64,000 bases of DNA from Kondoa subrosea (Eukaryota). Below the pieces are notes generated by a model. That model worked only from the letters and a program-made list of their open reading frames with translations. It was not told where the DNA came from and ran no database searches. Location of the stretch: the NCBI GenBank assembly GCA_039545335.1, contig BCIN01000008.1, forward strand, positions 879,528 through 943,527, written 5' to 3'. Made by a program: the position numbers and the translations under genes. Positions 39,578 to 51,763 of the stretch are shown here, piece after piece; the stretch's first letter is position 1, and the number at the start of each line of letters is the position of its first letter.

Positions 39578-42418
39578 CTAAAAGTTGACAAATTCGCTCA
39601 AACCAGGTGGAAGGGTATTGCTGTCTTCCGTTTCTATCACTGTTTCTTCTTCCAACTTAGGTAAGAAATCAGATAGACCAGGTGGAAGAGCCGCTTCTTC
39701 CGCTTTAGTGACCAATTCAGATAGGCCAGGAGGGATTTCGATGATGGAAGGTTGAGTAGAAGCCAAGAAATCTGCCAATCCAGCTGGCGGTAGTCCAGAT
39801 GAAGAAGTATCTTCTCCCTTTGCTGGTTCTTGATTCGAATCTTGGGACATGAAGTCACTCAATCCAGCTGGTATATCCACCTTCATCTTGTCCTCTTCGT
39901 TTTCTTCTGCTTTTTGCTCTTCTTCTTCAGGTAATTTATCCCAAACCACTCTTTCAACCACAGTAGTAACAGTTCTTGTTTCCCTAATGACTTTTCCAGC
40001 AGCTCTAACAACTCGAACTACTTTAGTTTCAGAAGTAGTAGTCTTGACTTCCACTTCTTCTTCAGCACCAATCGAATCATCTTCTAACGGTCTTCCCATC
40101 CGCGCTTTGCTAGTAATCGTTTCAGCTGGTTTAACTTCAGCTGCTCCATTATTTCCACCAGCTGCTAAAACTCCATTGGTAGTAGTAGAGAATTTCGATC
40201 TAGGAGAAGAAGTAGTAGTAGTAGTCCCATTTGAGAAGTTTTTGATTCTTGCATGTTTGTTCGGTACATGAGCAACCGGAGGCTCAGAAGATTGTTTCCT
40301 TTTTCTCGAAACAACAGGCGATTCAGATCTAGAAGGCATTCTCCTTTCTTCTTCTTCTGTTCGACCTAATCCTTGTAATACCAAAGCACGAAATTGAACA
40401 GAGAGTTTTTGTGGTTGATGTAGATCTTCCCATGGTACATGGTCGGTCGCCCATCGTCGTTGATCTGGTGAAGCTGTCGATGATTCGTCTATTCGGCGAG
40501 ATTGTTCGAGCAAAAAGACAGACAGAGCTTTGAGACCTTGCAGTATACGAGGAGTGATTTCGGGAGGTAAATTTGATGGAGAAGGAGGACCACGAAGAGC
40601 ATGGAACAGTTTTGTGTAGTGCTGAGCAACATACCAAACTGGATAACAATGTGTTAATACAGTTTATGCTGAGACACGGAACGACTCACGAAAGCGGACA
40701 AACATAGGAAAGCGGAACTTTCTTGGTACTTTGGTAGCGATCTCGATACGATATAATTCAAGCTGCGTTCCGATATTGAGAGAATGCAAGAAGTTTCCTC
40801 CAAAGACGAGTGAATCGGACGGCGTATACTGTGCCAGCAAATCCCCATCTAAGTACTACATTATACGAAGAAGATAGATGCTGCTCACGACCGCATGAAT
40901 CCATCCAGTCGGAATGATCATAGTATTGCCTTGGATAAGTTTGACCTGTAGAGAGGTGACCCCCATATCAGTATTAGACTGATACAAGCAATCTCCTCTC
41001 TTACCTCATAAACATGATCCACTTCATCGCCTAACCAAGTGTTTTCTTGCCGATCTGAATTACCTGACCATCGTTCGTATTTGCGTAGATTTTCCATTGT
41101 AGGTTTGATGAAGTAAAACGTCTTTGATCCTTTCAAAATATGATACCAGACCTGTGAGATGAACGAAGCTCTGAGCTGATAGCCTGCTTAAGAAATCATT
41201 CCGCTCACACTTGATGCTGCAAAATCGACATGCTGTCAGTAGAATATGCAGAGGTATCAGCATAAGCTTGAACCTCTAGAATCCCCACTGACCCAATCCT
41301 GAACGCGCGATCAGTATTAGATTATTTGCAGTAATAGAAATCTGACTGACTGTCCAACATTTCGCAACGCTCATCAAGCAATATTTCTGAACTTTGGGGT
41401 ATTCCAATCTTCCCTTTCTACTCTTTGGCCAAATCGTATCAACCCAATCAATAGCTTTCACAGCAGCAGGTGGTGAAATTTGAGAAGCTAAAGGTGTATC
41501 CGATACTTCTAACGAAATCACGTTTCGTACTTTGGATCGATTTGGATCAGAGTAATATTGGGCCCATTGACCTAATGTCCAATTCGCTAGATCTGATTGT
41601 GATGCTACATCTTATTTTCCAATTTCTATAATCAGTAACTTCATAAAAAATGTGAGGATAAGGAAAACTAACCAATGACTTCTACTGGTGTTTCAGTACC
41701 AACGATTTGAGCTACTTGATTGATGGTCATATCACTACTAGGTACTCTCATTCCAAGACCATCTTTGTTCTTGATAATCAATGGTTCCAGCATGCTTTCT
41801 GGATGATGCAAAACCCAATCTTGATCTACTCCATGACCATCTTCAAGTATCTTGAAACTATGTGGTGTGATACGTTTTGACTGAATGATATGGTAGAAGC
41901 GATGAGGATCTGGTTCTAGACCTTGATGTAGATTGGCATAGTTGAGATTTGAGGATTTGGTAGAGCGGGAAGATTTCCTTTGCTGATTGATATATTGTAT
42001 AGAGAGAGGTTGAGCAGAAGAAGAAGCAGCTTCCAAGCAGCTATGACAGGTTCTAATCAGCAAGTTGCATTACCTAATACCTGCAAAGGCTTACTCGCTG
42101 CAATACCACTACAAACACACTATAAGCACTCTACATTGTATCCAGTGTGACTAAACACACCTTGTCTATATTCTCCAAGTTCGCAGCCGGTTCATCGGTC
42201 ACACAAGCCCAATGAAACCAAACAGCACATTGATCACAGCCTATCCAATCTACGTTATCCTCAACTCTCTTAGGTCTGCCTCGAGTGTTCGTAGATCGTG
42301 TAGTAGGGCATCGAGGACAAGGTTCGCCAGTACTTGAGTTGTTTCGTGCGTGTTTATGATTTGTGGAAGCCGCTATAGCATTCGCTGCAGAGGTTGCAGC
42401 ATTTCTCTTAGGAGGCAT
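39578..42418 (-). CDS. JHD1: PHD-JmjC histone demethylase (JHD1/KDM2-like)
   Basis: PHD finger [15 protein letters not shown]. JmjC segments [47 protein letters not shown] helical domain WYVAQHY...ILQGLKAL. Confidence 0.88.
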
Positions 42419-43042
42419 TTGACCTCAGATATAAGTGTACTGGGCCTTTCCTGAGTTCGGCCTAACAACAATGTCACGGATCAAGACAAGAGGTGGAGCG
42501 AAAGACTGATTTTTGATTGGTAACGATGTCCGGCTATGAGGAATACCTGGGAGCTGCTTATACCAGTGCTATACATATACCAGTGCTCTATCTTGCTGAA
42601 TTATTGCTATCGAAGCGAAGAAAGTGGCACAAGTCAGCAGATGCAAGCCAATATCTCTACCTTCGGGTGCTCAAATCATCAAGAAGAGAGCCTCCATGAT
42701 CCCTGTACATGTTCATGATCGAAAGAAAGCACTCGCAAGCGGTTCTGATGAGTCTTACTATATATTTTTGTGAAATCTTGTTGTCAGTTGCGCCTCTAGA
42801 CTGCTGTCCGCTCACGACTCGGCTCTTCCCTTGCTGCTCTCAATGTCGTCCTTTCCCCAGAGCTTGCTCGCATGACTGCGTCTTCACGACGAGACTACCA
42901 TTTCTTATATGAAATACTTTCGGCGCAGAAAGAGCTTGTGGCTATTGGAATGAAGCTTGGGTCGTCAGTAACGCGCATAGTATCAACAAATAACTTTCAT
43001 CTGGCCTTTCCTCAGACTTTATACTTGCTATAATACAATTGC

Positions 43043-43656
43043 TCAAGGCTTGTAATCAGGATCAGCAGCTGGATCATCAGCACCACCATCAGCCACAGTA
43101 GCTTCAGATACTCGTCATTAGCTCTGTCCAACACCACAAAGGTACTTTTAGCTAACCTTGGGTACTCATTCCGCCTTCTCGTCCAGTTGCGCCTACGCCA
43201 GGAGCTGGATTTGACCTGAATAAAGGTATCAGTCATTCGTCAATAATCAAGCAGAAAGTTCGAAGTACTGCTTGACGTTATCCCTTGTGTCAGAATATCT
43301 AAATCTGCTATGTCAATGAAAGGTCAACAGCGAACAGGAGAAAAGACTTACGGTTTCTCCTTTGATTCTCCACCTTCTGGCAGGTATTGACCATCTTGGG
43401 ATTGAGCATCAGGACCTATAATGTATCGTTCAGGGAAAAGTGGGAACTTGAACAGCATGATACTCACCTCCGTCGGCCACGGTAGCTAGAACATGTTGTC
43501 AGCAAGCTTACTAGCTTGTAGTTGTATGTCATTTACCAGCAGTTGCTGTTACCTCACATGTCAGAAAATCCGTCAGTCAGGAGGCAGGCTGAACATACAA
43601 ATTCCTCCATCCTTCGATGTTCCACCTACTCCTGGGGCTGGATTGCTTGTAGACAT
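43043..43656 (-). CDS. Small hydrophilic Gly/Asp-rich protein with an internal repeat
   Basis: MSTSNPAPGVGGTSKDGG...ATVADGG...SNPAPGVGATGREGG...ATVADGGADDPAADPDYKP*, spread over several micro-exons. Confidence 0.55.
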
Positions 43657-44301
43657 GATTAAATTGATGTTATGGTAGCGTTTGGAGGAGAGGTTAAGTC
43701 TGGACTCGAAGCCAAGCGGAAACGTGATTTGTAGCATTATTTCCCCGCAATGACGAACTCGAAAGAATAATGCAGAAAGATAGGCACAATATTACAGTCG
43801 TATTGCAATCTACGGGTCAGAATCTTTTCTTGTTCTCTCGTGCAGTTCACACTCGTTTTGATTGGCTGTTCAGCTCTTTACTGCCCGCATGTAAGCTTGT
43901 CCCCCACATCTGCAAGAATGAAGCCATTACTCGAAGAAACAAGTAGGTCTTGATGAGTTGCTGAGAATGCAGGAGACGAAATTGACTTGAAAATAAGAAG
44001 TATCAGAACATGGTTCGCAATCGAGGGAATCTCCACATTCGTACTTTAGATGCAAACACCTTCCCAATCGCAGTCTGGTGGTCAGAACGTACGCGACATT
44101 CTAGAGGAGTTGCAAGCGCTCGGTGTATACAGAATATTGAGTATTGCGCGTAAACAGTAGGATCGGGTCTTCATGCTCTTTATGTTCTTTGTTTGAGAGA
44201 TGCTCGAGGTAGTATAGGAACATGTATTCATAATGATACTCCAGACGAAAGATAGCCAGAAACGAGCTAGAGATGAGATAGTCATAAGTGTTGAGAACGC
44301 T

Positions 44302-45444
44302 TCATTTAGAAATATTTATTTTTGAGCAATGAGTTTTGTGAGAAGTCCAACCTGGGAGAAACTCAAGTTTGAGTGCATGAAATACAAGGAGTGAGCATCT
44401 GGGCATACCTTTCTTCTGACAAGCTTTATCTGATTAACAAATAAGCTGACTGATCTTGGTGCAGAAATGATAAAAAGACTGACCACAATATGAAGCTACC
44501 CCGCAAGCGGAACATATCTTTCCCGGTCCGTCTAGATTAATCCAGCAAGCCATACAATAAGATCCACCATACCAAAGCTCTTGCATGAAGATTCGTCTGC
44601 GTCTATTTGCTGGATTTCCTCTCGCCAGTGCCTTCTCATATGCTCGGATCCGTGTGATCGGGTCGGTAATAATTCGTAAGGCTTCAGACTCTGTGTCCAT
44701 GTGGCAATCAGATGGTAATTCGCCAAAGTAAACAAGTACTGCCAGTAGTGAGTAGAATGATGCGGATTGAGGTGACTGCTTGAAACCTGAATCATCGCCG
44801 TCGAAAGAGGCAACGCTTCGCTTGACGAATGTATGAAGATTGCCAAGCATTGTTACAGGACTGTACCGTGCGAAGCTTTTGACTCCATCGTGAAAGATTT
44901 TTTGACTAGCGGCTGGATTTGCGGAATGAAGCACTGAAAGAGAGTGCAGGATAGAGCACAGTGATTCATGAAAGAGCTCATCGGTCTCCATATTGGCGGA
45001 AGTAAGAGCGCAAAAAGAAAAGAGTCCAATAATGTTCCAACAAGCGCAGACAATGAAATGAAATCTGTTTCCCATATAGCGGCAGGCGATTGACGGTGCC
45101 AACAACTTGCGAACGAATTCTGCACAGTAGATTAATAGTTGAAATTGTTCTTTGATGTTTGATCCTGCTTTAGTTGTTGCTTCGTTGACATGAACCGTAA
45201 ACGATCTCAAGAGCACATCTGGCCGGCGGGAAAGGATGATTTTGAAGCAGACCTCACTGGCAAGGGAGTGCATTTGTGACGAGCCAAACCATATAGCATC
45301 GAGCAGCTCAAAGCCTTTGCCATCGGGTCGCCCGCTGATAACCTTGATAATGGACATACTCCGCTCCTCCAACTCCTTCACAATGCATACACACAGTACA
45401 TTTGATGGAACGCTGTTTCCGCATATAGCACAAAGTTCATCCAT
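44302..45444 (-). CDS. C-terminal MYND zinc-finger protein
   Basis: CMAC...CSACGVASYC, then via two introns DKACQKK and WTSHKTHC. Confidence 0.8.
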
Positions 45445-45637
45445 CTTATTGATCTTCCGAGAACCGGTCTGCTTAGTTTCTCTTTGACTTCTTGTTGGAG
45501 AGATTTGAGACGCTGAATGGGTAATGTGGTACCTTCCTGGTAATGCAATGTAATGTAATGGTGCAGGAGATAAACTAATACAAGTTTCGCTGGTTGGTAG
45601 GAGAAAAGCGCCGAAATAAGCTCGACCTCAAGCAAAA

Positions 45638-46734
45638 ATGTCGCCTCCTCTGCCTCCGCCGACGCTGTATCAGCGTCTCATGGGTGCCATTGCTCCATTC
45701 ATGATGATTCTTGTAGTCTTGCAGCACGGTCTAGGTACTCCAAACTCAATTTCCCAAGTTTGCTTTGGCTGAACATTCTTTAAGGCCCTGCGATTAAGAA
45801 GCAGCTATCTTCTCCTTCACTGCTCCTCTTCTCTCCTTCTGCTTGGTGGGATTATATTCTATCTAATGGCTTTGGCTTCATTCTGCGAGCATCCGACGAA
45901 GACTCTGCTGCTTATAAGCGAAAGCTCATGGCTCCTGCTCGCGGTACAGTGCTGGAGATTGGTCCTGGAGCAGGTCAGTAACTTGCTTATCCGGTGCTTC
46001 CCTGAGCTCAAGCTGCATGCAGGCCATAACGTCAAGTACTATCCTTCACAAGTCAATAAAATCATCGGCGGTAGACACTCTTTGATTGCGAAGATGTCAC
46101 ATTAATTCTTGTGAACAGTCGAACCTTTCCTTGGTCTCCATCCAGAACTGAAAGCAGCGATTAAAGCCGCCGGTATTAGCTCCAGGTATACCATTGCACC
46201 TGTTTCGATCGAGGATGAAGTCGCGTTAGCTAAATACGGAGTGACCGAAGAGAAGTTTGATACTGTAGTATGCATTCAGGTAAGACTCTTGCTTTGAGAT
46301 TCTTGACCATCACTGAGGTGCTACATTCAGTGCCTTTGCTCTTGTGTAAGTTTGTCAAAAGCCGCTCAATTTTTTTCCCTGATCAAGATATCAGCCCAAT
46401 CCTCGACTACTCATACCTCGACTGCAGAAATGGCTCAAACCGGGTGGAACACTTATAGTTTATGAGCATGTCTTTTCCGACGACTCCCTCAGCAACATCT
46501 TTCAAATCCTTTGGACTTCGCTTTGCTGGAGATCGTCAGTATCTGTCTAATTGTCTTGAATTATCTGATGTGATGATTCTCAGTCTGTTTGCGGGATGTG
46601 AAATGACTAGAAGAACAGAAGAATGGTTACGAGAGCTGGGAGGCTGGAAAGAGATCAAGCTGTCGGCTCTGCCTGGTGAAACAGGAGGGATGCTCTATCC
46701 TCATTGCGCGGGAACGCTGACCAAGGCAGATTAG
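45638..46734 (+). CDS. Class I SAM-dependent methyltransferase (METTL7/type 11-like)
   Basis: ARGTVLEIGPGAGHN, VEP, FDTVVCIQ, CLCS, PGGTLIVYEHV, GCEMTR. Hydrophobic N-terminus. Confidence 0.88.
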
Positions 46735-47405
46735 GTGTTGGCAAATGTTCGGAATGTTCAAATGTCAAATGTCGATACTTTTCTCGTCGTATCATTGTTC
46801 GCAACACATTGTGCTAGATGCAGTGCAGCTCAGCAGGAGAACGATACAGTGCTTCAAAAGCACGAATTTCTTAGATTATGTAATTGCCTTCAGAACCACG
46901 ATGTACCCTTTCCAACGCGATACCAGGAGCCTGTTGAGCATACCAGTCATGCCAGGGACGATCAGACGAGCAGGATCTGCAACGGGAAGAGGAAAACTCG
47001 CATCATCTAAGCCATCCTTGACAATAGCCAAATCCGTCGAGTAATTATATTTGATCTCCTCGTTTTCTTCCTTTGTCAGCCTGGCCAGAGTCCAATCAGC
47101 CTCGTCTTTGTGTCCCGAAGTCGGTATAATGCAATAGTCTCCTACCGGCTGGTGTTGTGTAGGGCTTGATTCTGCTTCGACTCTTGCTCTGCCTCTCAAG
47201 GAATCGTTTGTGAACCTATTACGTACCTATGCAAACCCACGGTATGGTCATCATGATCGACTCGATGCTCGAAAGTATTCATTCCGACCACTCAGACGAG
47301 AATTCGCGCGGCATGACAGTCCAATCTCGCTTTTATGGCATGCCTGATCAGGTATGTTGTTCTTTAAACGGTGTCTATCAACGCTCATGATTACTACAGT
47401 ATCAA

Positions 47406-49610
47406 ATGCGTGGACCTGCAACACCTGTAGTCGATAGACGAGGTCGAGATTGGGAACCAGAACCTACTTCTCATTGGTCACCTGACAGCAGAATCACTCA
47501 ACATTCTTCCCGCTCCTCTTATGCATCGCGACCAGAAGAAGATCAATATGACGTCCTATCATACTACGCCGATTATGTACCAGATCTACAACAACCAAAT
47601 CTACCTACTCCTCTAAGCTATCCTGAATCATATCAGCCTCTGCCATCTGTTAACATAACTACAACAGATCAACAGTCACCTGCTCGTAAACGTCGTCCCT
47701 CTTTCGGTCAGCAACTTGTTCGCACATTCAGCTCAAGTTCTCGTCGCAAGAGTTCAGCTCAATCATCAGACATCGTCGTTCCTCCTCTACCGGTCAATGC
47801 TGCTGCCATCACAGCTTCGTATGGTTCTCCTCGTCTAGCTGTCCCACCTTCTCCTTCTCCTACTCGACCCCACTTCACTACATCAGTGCCAGTCCCAGAA
47901 CCTCGGGCAAGACGTCCTTCTCTCTTCCAGTCTTTCCGCAAATCTTTCAGCAAAGGATCAACACCTCATGGCTCGGAACCTAACAGTCCAAAGTCAAGAA
48001 AGGGGTCAGCGGAGGAAAGGAAAGGTTCAGCGGATTTCAGGAAAGGATCAGCATCACGTAAAGGATCGAATGGTTCGGATAGGCTTCTTCCAACAGCACA
48101 AGATATCCCGACAGCAAAGGATATTGCTCATTCTTTTATTGCTGCCGCACGAAGGAAATCAAGCAAAGGTGGAATCGATCTCTCTGCACTTCGTCTGGAT
48201 CCTCGACGTGATTCGACATCTGCTTCTCAATCAGCGTCATCGCTATCAACGGAACGAGTGCATCCTTCTTTTAGCTCTTCTTTGAAGGAGACTATTAGCC
48301 AGCCATACGAATTTCCAAGACGTATGGAATTTTCTCCTCCTTCTTCTTCAGTCGCAACCACATCAACAGCTGCTGTGCGACAAATCAATCACTACTCGTC
48401 GCCTTCAGTCAGCAGCCAGAAAGCCACAGTCCATCAATCTGATCTTGGGCCTAGCGTCTCTTTACCACAAGAAATCGATACTCATTCAATCTACACTGCG
48501 AGTGAAAATGAACTTGCTACTCCAGCATCGGAAGTCAATGGTATAGCCTGGGATGGATTCCAATCCTCAGCTAATTCGGGTTTTGTCAATCCCTGGACTG
48601 CATCAGCTACTGCCAAAGACAAGCAAGCTAAAGATGGAAGTGGTGAAGATAGCGAATGGAGTCACTCACCAGGAGGAAGACGCAATTCTTTCGCTTCATC
48701 CTTATCTTCACGCAATTTCATCTCACCTCCTGGTCAAAACGGTGATGTTCCGCCTAGACAATCTTCAGCTGCTTTTTCGAGAAGAGCAAGTCTGGCTGCT
48801 AGTATCAAAGATCAATATGTCATGACCTCCAAAGTACCTCTCCCTTCACCCGAAGAAAGCAGTATAGCTCTACATCCTTCTTTTAGCTCATACGCTTTCC
48901 CAGCCAAATCGTCAACTGCTCCAACTGCTACTTCAAGTTCCCTCAGCAAGAAAGATAAACGCAACCGTGCTCGGACAACAGCCATTATTGATGGCACTTT
49001 ACAATCTCAAGCTTACCCCGCCAGCAAGCAGCTTCAGCACAGAAGGAAATCCAGCTTGAAATCTATGGATTCTTCGTCATTACCCAAAAGAAGGAAATCA
49101 AGGTTGTCTGTCTCTTTTGAGATGGATTCACCCACCAGACCAATGCCACTGCCAACACATCATCATCGAGCAACTTCTTCCATTACTTCTTCTATTACCT
49201 CGAGCGACGTACCTGGAGATTCATCTTCCTCTTCCAATTATACAGCATCAGAATCAGAAACGGATGATGCACCTGATCTTCCTTCTTTATCTGGAAGTCC
49301 AACAACTACAGGAAGTGAAGATTTCTTTCAACTCAGAAACCCTTGGACTGGTTATTCTGTTGCTCATGTTATTGATGCACCAAAACAACCTTGGATGGAT
49401 GAAGAACGTAGAGGAACTTTAATGCCCACAACACCTTCAAGCAAAGGATCTTTTTCTTCTCCTAGTGTTGTTGACGGAATGCTTAAAAGAGAAAAGAAGA
49501 ATGGTGGTGGATTTTTTTCAACTCCTCAGACCTCCTATGGTGGACAAAATGGATTCAGAGTAAGCTTGGATGTTGGTCAGGGCCAGGGAAATACGTATGA
49601 ACCGTTTTAA
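47406..49610 (+). CDS. Ser/Pro-rich intrinsically disordered protein (upstream exons possible)
   Basis: 734-codon ORF of low complexity with many R-R/K-x-S motifs. An intron acceptor just before 47400 suggests a further 5' exon. Confidence 0.65.
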   Translation: MRGPATPVVDRRGRDWEPEPTSHWSPDSRITQHSSRSSYASRPEEDQYDVLSYYADYVPDLQQPNLPTPLSYPESYQPLPSVNITTTDQQSPARKRRPSFGQQLVRTFSSSSRRKSSAQSSDIVVPPLPVNAAAITASYGSPRLAVPPSPSPTRPHFTTSVPVPEPRARRPSLFQSFRKSFSKGSTPHGSEPNSPKSRKGSAEERKGSADFRKGSASRKGSNGSDRLLPTAQDIPTAKDIAHSFIAAARRKSSKGGIDLSALRLDPRRDSTSASQSASSLSTERVHPSFSSSLKETISQPYEFPRRMEFSPPSSSVATTSTAAVRQINHYSSPSVSSQKATVHQSDLGPSVSLPQEIDTHSIYTASENELATPASEVNGIAWDGFQSSANSGFVNPWTASATAKDKQAKDGSGEDSEWSHSPGGRRNSFASSLSSRNFISPPGQNGDVPPRQSSAAFSRRASLAASIKDQYVMTSKVPLPSPEESSIALHPSFSSYAFPAKSSTAPTATSSSLSKKDKRNRARTTAIIDGTLQSQAYPASKQLQHRRKSSLKSMDSSSLPKRRKSRLSVSFEMDSPTRPMPLPTHHHRATSSITSSITSSDVPGDSSSSSNYTASESETDDAPDLPSLSGSPTTTGSEDFFQLRNPWTGYSVAHVIDAPKQPWMDEERRGTLMPTTPSSKGSFSSPSVVDGMLKREKKNGGGFFSTPQTSYGGQNGFRVSLDVGQGQGNTYEPF

Positions 49611-49912
49611 GTAAAAATCGTTGGCATCTGTACAATAGAGGTCTGGCTATATTATTTATCGTTTATGCATTGCTATGTAACTGTCATTTTCCATTGCTAG
49701 AGTCCATCCCAACAAATGAGAGCAATGAGATATCATGATGCTGAGGTAAGCTAGATATACTCATGTGTAGTATCGCGCTGCGCTGCAGAGCCCAAGAACA
49801 CACGACACAGTCGTCTGTTAGTCCCGTCCATCCAGTAAGCAAGCAATTAGGCAAGCTTACTTATCCGATCATCTAAGTCCGACCTGCATCATCGATTGCT
49901 AAAAACACGTTT

Positions 49913-51661
49913 ATGTTCAGAACAGCGATACGGAAAATGAGTGAGAAGAACGATATCACCAAATGGGCTTCTAAAGATGGTCACTTCAAGAGGTGCGTTC
50001 ATCAGCATAACGCGAGAATTGGATTCCCATTTGCTGAGATTCCAAAGCACTACAGACAGCAAAGTGCTTTCAGGGATTCGATCAGCAGGGATAAGAACGC
50101 AAAGTACCCTGCTGAAAAGGGCAGATATCATTTATGTGAGTACAGTCTTTGAGAATCGAGCAAGGGTAGATGACTGATCGGAAGGATGGTTACAGATGTC
50201 AGCTACGCCTGGTGAGCTATACTCGCAATTCAATGGTCATACACTAATCCTATGTGGCAGTCCTTGGGCGCATAGAGCTTTGCTAGTCCGACAGCTGAAA
50301 GGCTTGGAAGACATCATCGGTACGTCTTTGCATGGACCGCTGCTTTGGTAGCTTAGACTATGCCGATACGTACAGACGTCTCTGTCGTTCACCCTCACAT
50401 GAACAAGCAAGGCTGGTCATTCAACGGAGTAGGTTACGAAGGCCGTTAGTTCTTCCTTTATTTATTTCAGCTTGCTGCATACTCATACATGCATAAACAG
50501 AGGGCTCCGATAACGGAAAGGTTGCAGATGTCATTCCAGACTCAGTCAACAACTTTGATCTGTTGCAAGAACTCTATTACAAGCATGAACCGGATTATGA
50601 AGGTCGTTACACTGTTCCAGTCGTTTGGGATAAGAAGACTTCAAAGATCGGTGTGCCATATTCTTTACTATCTACAGAATAGCGCCTGACTGTCTTGTAG
50701 TCAACAATGAGAGTAGCGAAATCATTCGTTTCTTGTATACGGAGGTCAGTCGAGGCAAGCAGTAGGCCGATGGTCGGCTTATTGTTTGATGTCGATATGA
50801 CAGTTTGATGATCTGGTTTCCAAAGAACATCAAGGTGTAACATACTATCCTGAAAAGCTAAGGAAGGAAATTGATGAGCTCAATGAATGGTTAGTCTGTT
50901 CTGTTTGCCCCCTTGTTGCATAAGCTCAAGATACTGCAGGGTTTATGATACCGGTGAGCATCTCGGCTTCATCAGTCGGACCTCTGCTGATTAGTGAACA
51001 GTCAACAACGGAGTGTACAAATCAGGTTTCGCTACTACTCAGGATGCTTATCTTGAAAACGTCAAGGCTCTCAAAGGATCTCTTGATCGTCTTGAAAAGA
51101 TACTAGAAGGTAAAGAATACTTGATTGGCGAGACTTTGACCGAAGGTGAGCTAAGCTCAAACTTACTAAACGTGATGGTTTGGCTGACAGCTTGTATAGC
51201 CGACATTCGGCTCTACCCTACTATCAGTGAGTGGTCGTTGCTCTTTCTCTCTTCAGAGTAATGAACAATCTTGCCTTCACAGTTCGCTACGATCCGGTTT
51301 ATGTTGGTCACTTCAAATGCAATACTGGCACTATTAGGCATGATTATCCTAATCTGAATCGTCAGTGATTTTTGGCCATCCGCATTACACGATGCTGATG
51401 GTCTTGCGTTGCTGACAGGCTGGTTGAAGAATCTCTACTACAAGCATGATTTCAAGAAGACCACTCAGTTCGATCACATCAAGATCCATTACTACAGTGA
51501 GCGAACTTTGTAGTGCGTTGCGCTGCTGTACTAATTGCAATCACCAGCTTCTCACCCTCAAAGTAAGCTCTCGGTTTCTGAACACGTCTCGATTTGCTGA
51601 TCTGTCCTTCTTGATAGTCAATCCCACTCGTATCGTGCCTTTAGGTCCAATTCCAGCGTAA
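49913..51661 (+). CDS. ECM4: Glutathionyl-hydroquinone reductase / omega-like GST (Ecm4 family)
   Basis: DGHFKRQQSAFRD, AEKGRYHLYVSYACPWAHR, YEGRYTVPVVWDKK, VNNESSEIIR, NNGVYKSGFATTQ, HFKCN, FDHIKIHY, NPTRIVPLGP. Confidence 0.92.
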
Positions 51662-51763
51662 GCATTCGTTCCTTTCCGTAAAGTATGTCACTAACACGCA
51701 GGCCAGCATCGAGGCAGAGTGTTTGTGTCAAAAAAAATATACATATGACAGACGTAATTAATG

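Noticed and set aside
23898..51661. A glutathione/redox gene cluster (glutaredoxin, FMO, Ecm4)
   Set aside because: The genes are spread over tens of kb and interleaved with unrelated housekeeping genes.
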